A stretch of 64,000 bases of DNA from the human T2T-CHM13v2.0 reference genome, Homo sapiens: NCBI RefSeq assembly GCF_009914755.1, contig NC_060932.1, one strand, 5' to 3'. The notes beneath the pieces were generated by a model, which worked only from the letters and a program-made list of their open reading frames with translations, was not told where the DNA came from and did no database searches. This document shows, piece by piece, positions 62,044 through 64,000 of the stretch. How positions within the stretch are numbered: position 1 is the first letter of the stretch; every line of letters begins with the position of its first letter. The position numbers and the translations under genes were made by a program.

Positions 62044-63079
62044 GTGGGTCATGTGTAATCTAACAAACTCCTGTTAAAACCGGTAACCATGAAAAATATG
62101 ATCACTCTATTCAGGGCAGTAGAAAAATACTGTTCTTGGTTTCCTGAAAAAGGAACGGTGTATATAAAATTGTGTGATTGTGTCCGTAAGACATTCCGAA
62201 AACTGATCTCGGCCGGGTATTATGTGCCCATCACTGTTTGGGGTGCTTGGTGCGTGACATCTTCGTGGCTTGCCAATCTCGTGACCCCCTGCAGTTGCCG
62301 CAGTTTTCTGCCTTTTCCTCAGTTTCTCTGCCTTTTTCTCAACCTTCCTCTCCCACATGGCCTTCGTTCAGACTCTCCCTTCAGCTACTCCTCCCCTCCC
62401 TAACGATTCTGAAAATTCGATTTCTAACTCTGGTAACTTTGGCTTAAAGTTACCCCCTACTTTTCTTACTTCTTCCCACGAAAAGCCGGTACTTCAAACT
62501 CCTGCGGCTGTGACTCAAAAAGCCCGGTACCATAAATATGCTAATTCTTCTCTCTTCAAACCTCCAGCATCAAATAATGGCTCTGGGACCAAACTACAAT
62601 TTACCTGTCATTCTCCAGGCCCTCCCCCATCCACTACAGCCCCTCACCCTCCTGTCGTTTCAGTTCCTCAGCCAGTCTGCATCGATAGGCGCCGCTCAAT
62701 CTTACCTTTTTAAAAACAATTTAAGGATGCTTGTACTCAGTATGGTCCTACTTTTCCTTATGTTCAAATGGTATTGCAAACTTTTTATACTGAGGTCGTT
62801 TTGCTTCCTTTAGACTGTGATCTTTTGGCAAAAAGCTGTTCTAAGTCCATCTCAGCCTGGTGGTAGGAGGAGGCCTGTTTACAGGCTCAGCTAAATCGGA
62901 GTAATGGCATTCTAATTACTCAGGCTCAGCTCACAGGCTCCGATAGTTTCTCTGATGCTTATGCCCAATTAAACTTTGATACTCTTACCACAGAACAAGT
63001 AACAAAAGTGTGTATGAGAGCTTGGGATAAACTACACTCCCCAGCCCAAGCTCCTGTTTCTTTTACTACTCTTCAACAA
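62044..63079 (+). pseudogene. gag: HML-8 gag remnant (MA and part of CA), with stops, frameshifts and deletions
   Basis: KNMITLFRAVEKYCSWFPEKGTV...YVPITVW (betaretroviral MA); FKDACTQYGPTFPYVQMVLQ and CMRAWDKL...SFTTLQQ (CA). Confidence 0.9.
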
Positions 63080-63142
63080 GCTCAATTGCTTTTACTACCT
63101 AATATCCTTTTAAACAAAGGAGATAAGACAAGTGGCCCTGGG

Positions 63143-64000
63143 ATTCAGCAGGGGCCGCTTTCTAAAGAAAAACTGGAGGCTTTAAATCAATTGGTTTCTG
63201 AGCAGTTACAACTTGGAAATGTGGAACCTTCTCTTTCCCCTTGGAATTCTCCTGTTTCTAGTAAAAAAGAAATCAGGCAAATGGCGGATAGTAACCGATT
63301 TAAGGGCCATTAATGCTGTAATTAAACCTATGGGGGCCGTCCAACCCGGCATGCCTGCCCCTGCTTTAATACCTAAAGATTGGCCTCTCATAGTTATTGA
63401 TCTTAAAGAGTTTTTTTTTTTTCATATCGCTTTACATAAATCGGATTGTGAAAAATTTGCTTTTACTCTACCATCTATCAATAATCAGGAGCCTGTAGCT
63501 CGTTATCAATGGAAAGTACTTCCTCAGGGAATGCTAAATAGCCCTACAATCTGCCAGCTTTATGTTGGACAAGTGCTTTCACCAGTTTGAGCCCGATTTC
63601 CCGAGGCCTATATTCTTCATTATATTGATGATATTTTAATTTCTGCCCCCACTGATAAAAAATTAATTGACTGTTACCAAATTTTGAACCGCTGTGTTAC
63701 AGAGGCTGGATTACGCATTGCTCAGGATAAAATTCAACAGACCACTCCTGTTCAATATTTAGGAATGGTGGTCGATAAACAATGTATTCAACCTCAAAAA
63801 GTTCAAATTAGGAGAGATTCTTTAAAAACTTTAAATGACTTCCAAAAACTTTTGGGTAACATTAATTATTTAAGACCTACTTTAGGCATTCCGACCTATA
63901 CCCTGTCTAACTTGTTCTCTATGCTGCGGGGAGATTCTGATCTCCGCAGCCCTAGGACTTTGACCCCTGAGGCTTTACTGGATCTGGAATTTGTAGAGGA
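63143..64000 (+). pseudogene. pol: HML-8 pol reverse transcriptase remnant (runs off window)
   Basis: [17 protein letters not shown] / [20 protein letters not shown]...[16 protein letters not shown]; YIDD at 63621-63632; [22 protein letters not shown]. Frameshift near 63260 and stop at 63588. Confidence 0.95.

Overview
Primate (most likely human or great-ape) repeat-rich genomic DNA with no intact protein-coding gene that I can support. Recognisable content: three processed pseudogenes (RPS24, RPS3A, SNRPC); a MADE1-derived mir-548i-type hairpin with an intact mature sequence; a 5'-deleted HERV-K(HML-2) provirus with an LTR5A-type 3' LTR whose env is largely replaced by ~250 bp of non-viral purine-rich DNA; the 5' part of a multiply deleted HERV-K(HML-8/MER11) provirus running off the right edge; a complete THE1 element; a long old L1 with nested insertions; about 40 Alu pieces; a 20-unit Alu-derived 17-bp minisatellite; and a ~1 kb alternating purine-pyrimidine tract. 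The marker order RPS24P-MIR548I-RPS3AP-SNRPCP resembles, from memory, the human OR7E/FAM86/ALG1L segmental-duplication family; I cannot tell which copy. The most novel-looking hypothesis is that the insert in the HML-2 env supplies a splice donor that would join a Rec-like N-terminus in frame to the Np9 exon. Repeat subfamily names and boundaries come from visual recognition and are approximate; no searches were run.
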